Source: Squalus acanthias
Lineage: Eukaryota
NCBI GenBank assembly: GCA_030390025.1
Contig: JASTWF010000033.1
Coordinates: 1,552,001 to 1,616,000 of the forward strand
Length of the DNA: 64,000 bases
Reading direction: 5' to 3'
Positions 51,836 to 64,000 of the stretch are shown piece by piece. Below the pieces are notes generated by a model. That model was not told the DNA's origin and ran no database searches. It was given only the letters and a program-made list of their open reading frames with translations. Positions within the stretch are counted from its first letter, which is position 1, and every line of letters starts with the position of its first letter. Both the position numbers and the translations under genes were made by a program.

Positions 51836-54075
51836 GAATGTCAAGGGGTGGTGGTTAGACTCTCGCTTGTTGGAGATAGTCATTGCCTGGCACTTCTGTA
51901 GTGCAAATGTTACCTGCCACTTATCAGCCCAATCCTCCACGTCGTCCAGGTCTTGTTGCATGCGGGCATGGACTGCTTCATTATCTGAGGAGTTGTGAAT
52001 GGCACTGAACACTGTGCAATCATCAGAAAACATCCCCATTCCTGAACTTATGTTGGAGGGAAGGTCATTGATGTAGCAGCTGAAGATGATTGGACCTAGG
52101 ACACTGCCCTGAGGAATTCCAGCCAACAATGCTCTGGGGTTGTGATGATTGACCTTCAACCACCACAACCATCTTCCTTTATGTTAGGTATGATGACACC
52201 TTCCATCACTTTACTGATGATTGAGAGTAGACTGATGAGGCGGTAATTGTCCGGATCGGATTTGTCCTGCTTTTTTTGGACAGGACATACCTGGGCAGTT
52301 TTCCACATTGTCGGATAGATGCCAGTGTTTTAGTTGTATTGGAACAGCTTGGCTAGAGGCGCGGCTAGTTCTGGAGCACAAGCCTTCAGCACGATAGCCG
52401 GGATGTTGTCGGGGTCAACAGCCTTTGCTGTATACAGTGCGCTGAGCCGTTTCTTGATATCTCGTGGAGTGAATCGAATTGGCTGAAGACTGGCTTCTGT
52501 GATGGTGGGCACCTCAGGAGGAGGCCGATATGGATCATCCACTCGGCACTTCTGGCTGAAGATGGTTTTAAACGCTTCAGCCTTGTATTTTGCACTCACG
52601 TCCTGGGCTCCACCATCATTGAGGATGGGAATATTAATGGAGCCTTCATCTATCATTCATTATTTAATAGTCCACCACCATTCACGACTGGATGTGGCAG
52701 GACTGCAGAGCATTGATCAGACCCGCTGACTGTGGGATCGCTTAGCCCTGTCTATAGCATGCTGCCTCCACTTTTTAGCATGCATGTGGTACTTTGTTGC
52801 AGCTTCCCCTGGTTGGCACCTAATTTTTAGGTACACCTGGTGTTGCTCCTGTCATACCCTTCTACATTCCTTATTGAACCAGGGTTGGTCCCCTGGCTTG
52901 ATGGTAATGTTAGAGTGAGGGATATGTCGGGCCATGAGTTTACAGATGGTGGTGAAATATAATTCTGCTGCTGCCCCACAGCACCTCATGGATGCCCAGT
53001 TTCGAGCTGCTAGATCTGTTCTGAATCATTTCCCATTTTGCACAGTGGTAGTGCCAGACAACACGATGGAGGGTGTCCTCATGTGTGAAGACGGGACTTC
53101 GTCTCCACGATGACTGTACGGTGGTCACTGCTACCAATATTGTCATGGACATATGCATCTGCGACAGGTAGATTGGTGAGGACGAGGTCAAGTAGGTTTA
53201 CCCCTCATATTGGTTCTCTCACCACCTGTCGCAGGTCCAGACTGGCAGTTATGTCCTTCAGGACTCGGCCAGTAGTGGTGCTACCGAGCCACATCTTGCT
53301 GATGGACATTAAAGTCCTCCACCCAGTGTACATTCTGTGCCCTTGCTACTCTCAGTGCTTCTTCAAAGAGATGTTCAACATGGCAGAGTACTGATTGATC
53401 AGCTGAGGGAAGGCGGTAGGTGGTAATCAGCAGGAGGTTCCGCTTGCGCGGAGTCAATGATGAGGACTCCCAGGGCCAGTCCTTCCCGACTGTATACCAC
53501 GGTGCCGCCACCCCTGATGGGGCAGGACATACCCAGTGATGGGGATGGAGGAGTTTGGGTCATTGGCTAAAAGGTATGATTCTGTGAGTATGACTATGTC
53601 AGGCTGTTGCTTGACTGGTCTGTGGGACACCTCTCCCAATTTTGGCACAAGTCCCCAGATGTTGGTGAGGAGGACTTTGAAGGTCGACTGGGCTGGGTGT
53701 GCCGTTGCCGTGTACGGAGCCAGTGCCGAGTGGTTCGTCCAGTTCCATTCTTATTATTTTGTTTAGTAGCGGTTAATTACAACTGAGGGCAGTTCAGAAT
53801 CAATCACATTGCTGTGGGTCTGGAGTCACATATCGGCCAGACCAGGTAAGGACGGCAGATTTCCTTCCCTAAAATACATTAATGAACAGATGGGTTTTTA
53901 CGACAATCCGATAGTTTCATAGTTACCATTACTGATACAAGCTTTTTATTCCAGATTGATTTAATTAACTGAATTTAAATTCCCAGTTGCAGTGGTGGGC
54001 TTTGAACTCATGTCTCTGGATCATTAGTCCAGGGCGGTGGATTACTAGCACCAGTGACATTACCACGACGCTACC
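51836..54075 (-). mobile_element. LINE (second family) with tRNA-like 5' head, endonuclease and RT, internally deleted
   Basis: QQPDIVILTESYL, LLLITTYR, DPDNIPAIVLKACAPELA, GIPQGSVLGP..YINDLP, WADKWQVTF. A/B-box-like head at 53990-54075. Confidence 0.85.
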
Positions 54076-55164
54076 GTTCCCGTTATTAGTAGAACCGCAC
54101 TGTGTAACTCAATGAGGACATTACGGTCCCTGGAGTGAAACGGAGAGACTCCGCAGGACGTTGACAGCATTCTGGGGAGCGCCTCTCTTTGAGTTGAATT
54201 AAAATGAGGCGGCGAAAGCTGCAGCTCGTGTTCTAACTGTGGCCGAACCAAAGCCTTGCCCAAATGCATTATTACTTGTTGCTGCTGCGCTCAATGTCCC
54301 TCTCTGTTAAACTCGAATCCCTGCTGCTTTTATCATGGATTTACTCTCTGTACCCGTACTGTCAGGGAATTAAGTCTTTAAATCCCGAGATGTGGCTGTT
54401 CATCCTCGCCTTTCATTCCATTCAGACCTTGTTCCCACCCCTTGTTATTCACACCGGAATGTGAGGGTTGATCACCTGTGAACAACGAGTTACTGATTCA
54501 AACTGGTGACATGTTCTCAATGAGTTGGAACAATATGTGTCCAGGAACTAAGACGGCACTCACCAAATATGCTTTAGAAGGAACTGCAAAGATTCAGCAG
54601 AACACCGACTTTACACCATTTGGAAGACTGATTGAGACCAGAATATCAATATTGTTGCTCCTCGTTGTTTAGTCACAAGTACTACCTTCATTTTTCAACA
54701 ATACATTTTCATTTTCAGTAACTATCCTTAAACAGAGATGCCTAACATCACTTTGACAACTCAAGTTCCTCCTGCCTCCATCATTAGAGCACTTATCAGC
54801 AGACAGATTAGGGTTCAATTGGGACAGTAAACAATGGGATCTGATGGGGAGACCGGAGCCTGCAATATTCTTAACAAACTTCCAGAACAGTTACAAATAC
54901 CTACCATTAAAAGACTCCTGATTCTTGCAAATGTGAGGTCATTCACATTGGACATAAAAAGGATAAAAGAGGATAGTACTTTCTAAATGGTGGAAAGCTA
55001 GAAACAGTGGAGGGCCAAAGAGACTTGGGGATCTGGTCCATGCACATAGATCACAAAAACAGAAATAATGTAAAAGGCTAATGGAATGTTGGCCTTTATA
55101 TCTAGAAGACTATAATAAAAGTGGGTAGAAGTAAGGCTGCAACTGTACAAAGCCCTGGACAACC

Positions 55165-56700
55165 CATAGAAGCATAGAAGCATACAAGATAGGAGCAGGA
55201 GTAGGCCATTCGGCCCCTCGATCCTGCTCCACCATTTAATGAGATCATGGTTTTTCATCCAAATTCAGTACCCTGTCCCTGTTTTCTCCCCATATCCCGT
55301 GATCCCTTTAGCCTTAAGAAATATATCTATCTCCTTCTTGAATATACTTAATGAATTGGCCTCAACTGCCTTCTGTGGTAGAGAATTCCAAAGGTTCACC
55401 ACTCTCTGGGTGAAGAAATTCCTCCTCATCTCAAACCTAAATGGCTGAGCCCTTATCCTTAGACTGTGACCTCTGGATCTGGACTCCCCTGCCATCGGGA
55501 ACATCCTTCCTGCATCTAGTCTGTCTAGTCCTGTTAGAATTTTATGAGTTTCAATGAGAACCCCTCTCATTATTCTAAACTCCAGCGAATATAAGCCTAA
55601 TCGAGCCAATCTCTCTTCATACGTCATGCCTGCCATCCTAGGTATCAGTCTGGTAAATCTTCGCTGCACTCTCTCCATGGCAATAACATCCTTCCTCAGA
55701 TAAGGCGACCAAAACTGCACACAATACTGAAGGTGTGGTCTCACCAAGGCGCTGTACAACTGCAGGAAGACATCCTTCCTCCAGTACTCGAATCATTCCG
55801 CTATCAAGGCCAACATACCATTTGCCTTCTTAACCGCCTGCTGCACCTGCATGCTTACCTTAAGCGACTGATGCACAAGGACTCCCAGATCTCGTTGCAC
55901 TTCCCCTTTTCCCAATCTATTGCCGTTCAGATAATAATCTGTCTTCCTGTTTTTGCCACCAAAGTGGTTAACCTCGCATTTATCCACATTATACTGCATC
56001 TGCCATGCATCTGCCCAATCACCCAACCTATCCAAATCATACTGAAGTTTCTCTGCTTCCTCCTCACAGCACACACGCCCACCCAGCTTTGTGTTGTCTG
56101 CAAACTTAGAGATATTACATCTAGTTCCCTCGTCTAGATCATTAATATATATTGTGAATAGCTGGGGTCCTAGCACCGATCCCTGCGGTACCCGACTAGT
56201 CACTGCCTGCCACTCGGAAAAAGACCCATTTATTCAAACTCTTTGCTTCCTGTCTGCCAACCAGTTCTCTGTCCAAATCAGTACCTTACCCCCAATCCCA
56301 TGTGCTTTAACTTTGCACGCTAATCTCTTACGTGGCACCTTATCGAAAGTCTTCTGAAAGTCCAAATACACCACATCCACTGGTTCTCCCTTATCTATTC
56401 TACCAGGTCCATCCTCTAAAAATTCCAGAAGTTTAATCAGGCATGATTCACCTTTTGTAAATCCATGCTGACTTTGTCCGATCCTGTCACTGTTTTCCAA
56501 GTGCACTGCTATTACATCTTTTATAATAGACTCTAGCATTTTTCCCACGATGTCAGGCTTACCCGTCTATAATTCCCCATTTTTTTCTCTACCACCTTTT
56601 TTAAATAGCGGGTTTACATTAGCTAACCTCCAATCCATGGGAACTGTTCCAGAATCGATAGAATTTTGAAAGATGACCAGCAATGCTTCTACTATGATTG
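55165..56700 (-). mobile_element. CR1 LINE, 5'-truncated, same family as 1838-4430
   Basis: ORFs 56234-56548, 55793-56203 and 55265-55759; DNA colinear with 1860-3370. Confidence 0.93.
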
Positions 56701-56789
56701 ATGCCCCAGGATATGGGCACGGAGGGAGGGTGAAAAGAAGCAAATAAAATCAAGAATAATATTAATAATAACATACGTTCTTTACTTCT

Positions 56790-59030
56790 GTAAATGAAAT
56801 GTCTGCATACTGTGATTTGAATGGAGTGGAATAAAATAAATGGAAAGATCCGACAGCAGCTTTTGCTCTGAAAACACTCGACAAACATTCCGCAAAAGAG
56901 CCCAGTCCAGAGAAACAGCAATTAAATTATTCTGAAAATAATAATAAAATAAATATAACATATATATATTTTGTTTTTACAAAAGTCTTGCCTTGTTTTA
57001 GTTTTGTTGGGAATTAATGGGAGAGTAAGGGCACACAGCAGGATATGCTCTGACATATCCCACAAATATTCCCCGATACAGTCCAGTCCAGAAAAAAATC
57101 AAATGGCTTGTTGTCAAGTGGCTTGTTGTAAATCTGTAGCTTTGATTTTTACATGTCTTGAAAGAAAGGCAAAGTAAGATCCCTCAGCAGTGCGGTCTGG
57201 AATGAACTCAGTATGATCTAAAGATTTTTTTCAGACAAGAGATGCAGTACCAATGCACACGGCAGATAAATTGAACAGAGATAAGCCCTGCATACACACC
57301 AGCTTTTGCTCTCTGTCTCTCTCTCACACACACACACACACACAAACACAGGCCAGTCTGCAAAATTGCCACACAATGCTGTCAGCAATGAAAGACATTT
57401 GATTTCTCTCATTGCTCTGCTGTGTTTGGCAGTTTAAAAGTAAAAAAAAACACTTTCCCATATCTTAATTTTTCATTTTGCGGTCTCCAAAATTAGGCTT
57501 TCTATTCTGCATCAAAAGCAAAACTCTGCGGATGCTGGAAATCTGAAATTAAAACAGAAAATGTTGCAAATACTCACCAGGTCAGGCAGCATCTGCGGAG
57601 AGAGAGAGAAACAGAGTTAATTCAGCTTGATGACCTTTCGTCAGATTCTGGCAAGATTCTGACGACAGGTCATCGAACTGAAATGTTAACTATGCATCTC
57701 CATCTCTCCACATACGCTGCCTGACCTGCTGAGTTTTTCAGCATTCTCTGTTTTGATTTCTATTCTGCCTGTTGTCTTAATTTAATTTGTCTCTCTCATT
57801 GCCTGCCTGCCTTGTCTTGATTTGGGTAGAGTGGAATAAAATGAATGCAAAGGTCCACAAAGACATTTTTCAGTATCTCACTGACTGTCTTGAAGTGAAG
57901 TGAAGTGAAATAAAGTGCAATAAAGTGATACACATCAGCATTACATGTGGACCAGTCAAGAATGAATTCAATAGGGTTTAATACAACAACAGCAGTTAAT
58001 AAGACAGCAGTCCACATCTCACACAAACACCAGCTTTTGCTCTCTCCTTCACTCTCTCTCACTCACACACACACAAACACGCACCCTGGCCAGCCTTCAG
58101 AGGGATGAATGCCGTGTTGGAAAATTAAAACCAAAAATACACTTTTCTGTATCGTATCTTTTCACTTTGTGGCCTACAGAAACAGGCTTTCTATTCTGCA
58201 CCTTGCCTTGTGATTTCATGTCTAGCTCTCTCACTGGCCATCTGTCTGTCTGTCTCTCACTCACAATATCTCCCTCCCATCCACAGTGAACTAAAACTTA
58301 CAGTGACATGACACACAGATTCAGCAATTTGCAGAAACATAGACACCCACACACATACAGATACACTCACACAGAGTCTGCAATTTGCAGACTCACAGAC
58401 ACCCACACACATACAGACACACTCACACAGACTCTGCAATTTCCAGAAACTCACACACATACATCCATTCTGAAAGGGTGCAGCCTGGAGTGTCTATTTT
58501 TAATGATGTCCGTTCCTGGCTGTGCAGCCTTGTTTGATAAGGCCAATCCAACAGGAAGAAGTGAAGCCGAGGCCCAAGAAATCCGGGTCCCCGAGAGGAA
58601 ATGTAAGCCCTGAGGGTGAAAAGAAGTAAATACAATCAGGAATAAATAATAATATATATACTTTACTTCTATTAACTAAATGTCTGCCTGTCTGTGGTTT
58701 GCCTGGAGTGTAATAAAATGAATGGAAAGATCGCACAGCAAGTTTTGCTCTGAAAACAGCCCAAGCACATTCCCCAATAAAGCCCAGTCCAGAAAAAAAT
58801 CAAATAGATTATTCTGAAAAAATTTAAAAAGTATAATATGTACGGTTTTTTTTACAAATGCCTTGTCTTGTTTGAGTTGGGATGAAGGGGAGAGCAAGAT
58901 CCCACAAACCAGGATGTGCAATGAAACACTCCACAATCATTCCCCTATAAAGTCCAGTCCAGAAAAATATCAAATGGGTTGATGTATATATGTAAATTTG
59001 CTTTTTACTGAATTCTTGAATGAAAGACAA
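56790..59030. repeat. Diverged local tandem duplications
   Basis: 56790-57150 resembles 58670-59020 (atggaaagatc..cagc..ttttgctctgaaaac..gcccagtccaga); 57290-57510 resembles 58020-58200. Confidence 0.7.
57511..57756. mobile_element. Short fold-back Penelope terminal-repeat element with 12-bp TSD
   Basis: Two inverted copies of the PLE 3' end meet at their hammerhead cores (57612-57690). tttctattctgc occurs at 57499-57510 and 57757-57768. Confidence 0.8.
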
Positions 59031-59034
59031 AGAA

Positions 59035-62000
59035 TGTCTCTCTCAGACTCTCTCTCTCTCACACTGTCTCTCTCAGACTCAGTCTCTCACACACTGTCTC
59101 TCTAAGACTCTCTCTCACACACTGTCTCTCTCAGACACTCTCTCACACACTGTCTCTCACATTCTCACACTCACACTCTCTCGCACACTCTCTCACAGTC
59201 ACTCTCACACTCACTCTCACACTCACTCTCACACTCTCTCACTCACTCTCACACTCACTCTCACACTCTCTCACACACTCTCTCACACTCTCACTCACAC
59301 TCTCTCACACTCCCTCTCACGCTCTCTCTCACACTCTCCCTCACACTCTCTCACTCTCTCTCACACTCTCTCTCACTCTCTCTCACACACTTTCTCTCAC
59401 ACTCTCTCTCACACACTCTCTCACACTCACTCTCACACTCTCTCACACTCACTCTCACTCTCAAACTCACTCTCACAATCTCTCTTACACTCTATCTCAC
59501 ACTCTCTCTCACAATCTCTCTCACTCTCTCTCTCGCACTCTCTCTCTCTCTCTCACACTCTCTCACACACTCTCTCTCACACACTCTCTCACACTCACTC
59601 TCTCACACTCACTCTCTCACACTCACTCTCTCATACTCACTCTCTCTCACACACCGTCTCTCTCAGACTCACTCTCTCACTCAAACTCTCTCTCAGAATC
59701 AAACTCTCACACACACATACTCTCTCTTAAACTCAGTCTCTCATACACTGTCTCTCTCAGACTCTCTCTCTCTCACACATTCTCACACATTCACTCTCTC
59801 ACACACTGTCTGTCAGACTCACTCCCTCATACACTCTCTCTCAGCCTCACTCTCTCACATACTGTCTATCTGGCTCACTCTCTCACACAACGTCTCTCAC
59901 ACTCACTCTCTCACGCTCACTCTCGCACACTGTCTCTCTCAGACTCTCTCTCACACATAATCTCTCTCAGACTCTCTCTCTTACACACTGTATCTGACTC
60001 ACTCTCTCATTTTCGGACTCTCTAAGACCATCTCTCTCACACTCACTCTCTCACGCACTGTCTCTCCCAAACTCTCTCTCACACACTCTCTCAGATTCAA
60101 TCTCTCACACACTCTCTCTCTCAGACTCACTCTCTCATACACTGTCTTTTCAGACTCACTCTCTCACACACTGTCTCTCTCAGACTCACTCTCTCGCACA
60201 TTGTCTCTCTCAGACACTTTCTCACACACTGTCTCTCACACTCTCTCACTCACACTCTCTCACACACTCGCTTACACTTACTCTCACACTCACTCTCACA
60301 CTCACTCTCACACTCTCTCTCACACTCTCTCTCACACTCTCTCTCACACTCCTTCTCACACTCTCTCTCACACTCTCTCTCACACTCTCTCTCACACTCT
60401 CTCTCACTCTCTCTCACACACTCTCTCTGACACTCTCTCTCACACTCTCTCTCACACTCACTCTCACACTCTCTCTCTCACACTCTCTCTCACACGCTCT
60501 CTCACACTCTCTCTCACACTCTCTCTCACACTCCCTCTCACACTCTCTCTCACACTCTCTCTCACACTCCCTTTCACTCTCTCTCACACACTGTCTCTCA
60601 CACTCTCTCACACTCACTCTCTCACAGTCACTCTCTCACAGTCACTCTCTCACACATACACTCTCACCCTCACTCTCTCACACTCACACTCTCACACACC
60701 GTCTCTCTCAGACTCACTCTCTCACACACACTCTCTCTCAGAATCACTCTCTGAAACACACTCTCTCTCTTTAACTCACTCTCTCATACACTGTCTCTGT
60801 CAGACTCTCTCTCACACATTCTCACACATTCACTCTCTCACACACTGTCTGTCAGACTCACTTCCTCACACACTCTCTCTCAGATTCACTCTCTCACACA
60901 CTGTCTCTCACACTCACTCTCTCACGCTCACTCTCGCACACTGTCTCTCTCAGACTCTCTCTCACACACTATCTCTCTCAGACTCTCTCTCTTACACACT
61001 GTATCTGACTCACTCTCTCATTTTCGGACTCTCTAAGACCATCTCTCTCACACTCACTCTCTCACGCACTGTCTCTCCCAAACTCTCTCTCACACACTCT
61101 CTCAGATTCAATCTCTCACACACTCTCTCTCTCAGACTCACTCTCTCATACACTGTCTTTTCAGACTCACTCTCTCACACACTGTCTCTCTCAGACTCAC
61201 TCTCTCGCACATTGTCTCTCTCAGACACTCTCTCACACACTGTCTCTCACACTCTCTCACTCACACTCTCTCACACACTCGCTTACACTTACTCTCACAC
61301 TCACTCTCACACTCACTCTCACACTCCTTCTCACACTCTCTCTCACACTCTCTCTCACACTCTCTCTCACACTCTCTTTCACACTCTCTCTCACTCTCTC
61401 TCACACACTCTCTCTCACACTCTCTCTCACGCACTCTCTCACACTCACTCTCTCACACTCACACTCTCTCACACACTCTCTCACACTCACTCTCACACTC
61501 ACTCTCACACTCACTCTCTCACACTCACTCTCACACTCACTCTCACACTCTCTCTCTCACACACTCTCTCACATGCTCTCTCACACTCGCTCTCACACTC
61601 TCTCTCACACTCCCTCTCACACTCTCTCTCACACTCTCTCTCACACTCCCTTTCACTCTCTCTCACACACTGTCTCTCACACTCTCTCACACTCACTCTC
61701 TCACAGTCACTCTCTCACAGTCACTCTCTCACACATACACTCTCACCCTCACTCTCTCACACTCACACTCTCACACACCGTCTCTCTCAGACTCACTCTC
61801 TCACAGACACTCTCTCTCAGAATCACTCTCTGAAACACACTCTCTCTCTTTAACTCACTCTCTCATACACTGTCTCTCTCAGACTCTCTCTCACACATTC
61901 TCACACATTCACTCTCTCACACACTGTCTGTCAGACTCACTTCCTCACACACTCTCTCTCAGACTCACTCTCTCACACACTGTCTCTCACACTCACTCTC

Positions 62001-64000
62001 TCACGCTCACTCTCGCACACTGTCTCTCTCAGACTCACTCTCTCGCACATTGTCTCTCTCAGACACTCTCTCACACACTGTCTCTCACACTCTCTCACTG
62101 ACACTCTCTCACACACTCGCTTACACTTACTCTCACACTCACTCTCACACTCACTCTCACACTCACTCTCACACTCTCTCTCACACTCTCTCTCACACTC
62201 TCTCCCACACTCCTTCTCACACTCTCTCTCACACTCTCTCTCACACTCTCTCTCACACTCTCTCTCACACTCTCTCTCACTCTCTCTCACACACTCTCTC
62301 TCACACTCTCTCTCACGCACTCTCTCACACTCACTATCTCACACTCACACTCTCTCACACACTCTCTCACACTCACTCTCAAACTCACTCTCACACTCAC
62401 TCTCTCACACTCACTCTCACACTCACTCTCACACTCTCTCTCACACTCTCTCTCACACGCTCTCTCACACTCTCTCTCACACTCTCTCTCACACTCCCTC
62501 TCACACTCTCTCTCACACTCTCTCTCACACTCCCTTTCACTCTCTCTCACACACTGTCTCTCACACTCTCTCTCACACACTCTCTCACACTCACTCTCTC
62601 ACAGTCACTCTCTCACACATACACTCTCACCCTCACTCTCTCACACTCACACTCTCACACACTGTCTCTCTCAGACTCACTCTCTCACACACACTCTCTC
62701 TCAGAATCACTCTCTGAAACACACTCTCTCTCTTTAACTCACTCTCTCATACACTGTCTCTCTCAGACTCTCTCTCACACATTCTCACACATTCACTCTC
62801 TCACACACTGTCTGTCAGACTCACTTCCTCACACACTCTCTCTCAGACTCACTCTCTCACACACTGTCTCTCACACTCACTCTCTCACACTCACTCTCGC
62901 ACACTGTCTCTCTCAGACTCGCTCTCTCACACTGTCTCTCTCAGACTCACTCTCTCACACACTGTATCTGACTCACTCGCTCATACACGGTCTCTCTCAG
63001 ACCATCTCTCTCAGATTCACTATCTCACTCACTGTCTCTCTCAGACTATCTCTCACACACTCTCTCAGTTTCAATCTCTCACACACTCTCTCTCTCAGAC
63101 ACACTCTCTCATACACTCTCTCTCTCAGACTCACTCTCTCATACACTGTCTCTCTCAGACTCACTCTCTCCTACATTGCCTCTCTCTCAGACTCACTTTC
63201 TCACACACTGTCTCTCTCAGTCTCACTCTCTCACACACTTTCTGTCAGACTCACTCTCTCACACACTGTCTCTCTCAGACTCTCTCTCAAATACTGTCTC
63301 TCAGTCTCACTCTCACACACACCGTCTCTCTCAGACTCTCTCTCACACACACTGTCTCTCTCAGACTCACTCTCTCTCTCACTGTCTCTCTCAGACTCAC
63401 TCTCTCAAACACTGTCTCTCTCAGACTCTCTCTCACTGTCTCTCTCAGGCTCACGCTCTAAAAAAACACTGTCTCTGTCAGACTCACTTTCTCACACACT
63501 CTCTCTCTCAGGCTCACTCTCTCACCCACTGTCTCTCTCAGACTCACTCTCTCAGACACCGTCTCTCTCAGACTCACTCTCTCACACACTGCGTCTCTCA
63601 GACTCACACTCTCACACTGTCTCTCTCAGACTCTCTCTCACACACTGTCTCATTCAGACTCACTCTCTCACACACCGTCTCTCACAAACTCACTCTCACA
63701 CGCTGTCTCTCAGAATCAGTCTCACAAACAGTCTCTTTCAGACTCACTCTCGCACACACTGTCTCTCTCAAACTCACTCTCTCAAACACCAGCTCTCTCA
63801 GACTCACTCTCTCACACACTGTCTCTCTCTCAGACTCACTCTCTCACACACTGTCTCTCTCAGACTCTCTCTCAAACACTGTCTCTCAGTCTCACTCTCA
63901 CACACACCGTCTCTCTCAGACTCTCTCTCACACACACTGTCTCTCTCAGACTCACTCTCTCTCACTGTCTCTCTCAGACTCACTCTCTCACACACTGTCT
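59035..64000. repeat. CT/CA-rich low-complexity repeat with higher-order periodicity
   Basis: (CT)n/(CA)n mosaics such as cactctct and ctgtctctctcagactca; runs to the window end. Confidence 0.95.

Noticed and set aside
2311..56357. Many antisense ORFs over CR1 and PLE copies (e.g. 10619-11146, 43779-44219)
   Set aside because: Shadow frames of retroelement coding sequence.
59020..63995. Long S/H/T/L and R/E/C/V-rich ORFs (e.g. 60201-61853)
   Set aside because: By-products of CT/CA low complexity that lacks stop codons.

Overview
Repeat-dense vertebrate genomic DNA. The repeat families and the GPCR type point to a cartilaginous fish (shark), by inference. The only intact protein-coding gene I can support is a two-exon GPR139-like class A GPCR on the minus strand (29925-29856 + 28346-27415, 333 aa). 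The left 23 kb holds a decayed cluster of nine tRNA gene copies, including an inverted duplication of a head-to-head Glu/Trp cassette, plus an orphan frameshifted CSMD-type CUB exon. A 12-kb array of a 26-bp satellite (30290-46465) is interrupted by a near-intact Neptune-type Penelope-like retroelement with minimal hammerhead ribozyme motifs in both terminal repeats. Two short fold-back, hammerhead-bearing Penelope derivatives have 12-bp target duplications. The rest is CR1/L2 LINE fragments, a LINE family with a tRNA-like 5' head and no room for ORF1, two TIR (MITE-like) elements with covarying internal hairpins, a split DeuSINE, and a terminal CT/CA-rich complex repeat. All identifications are from reading the sequence and recalled family consensus; no searches were run, and repeat boundaries are approximate.
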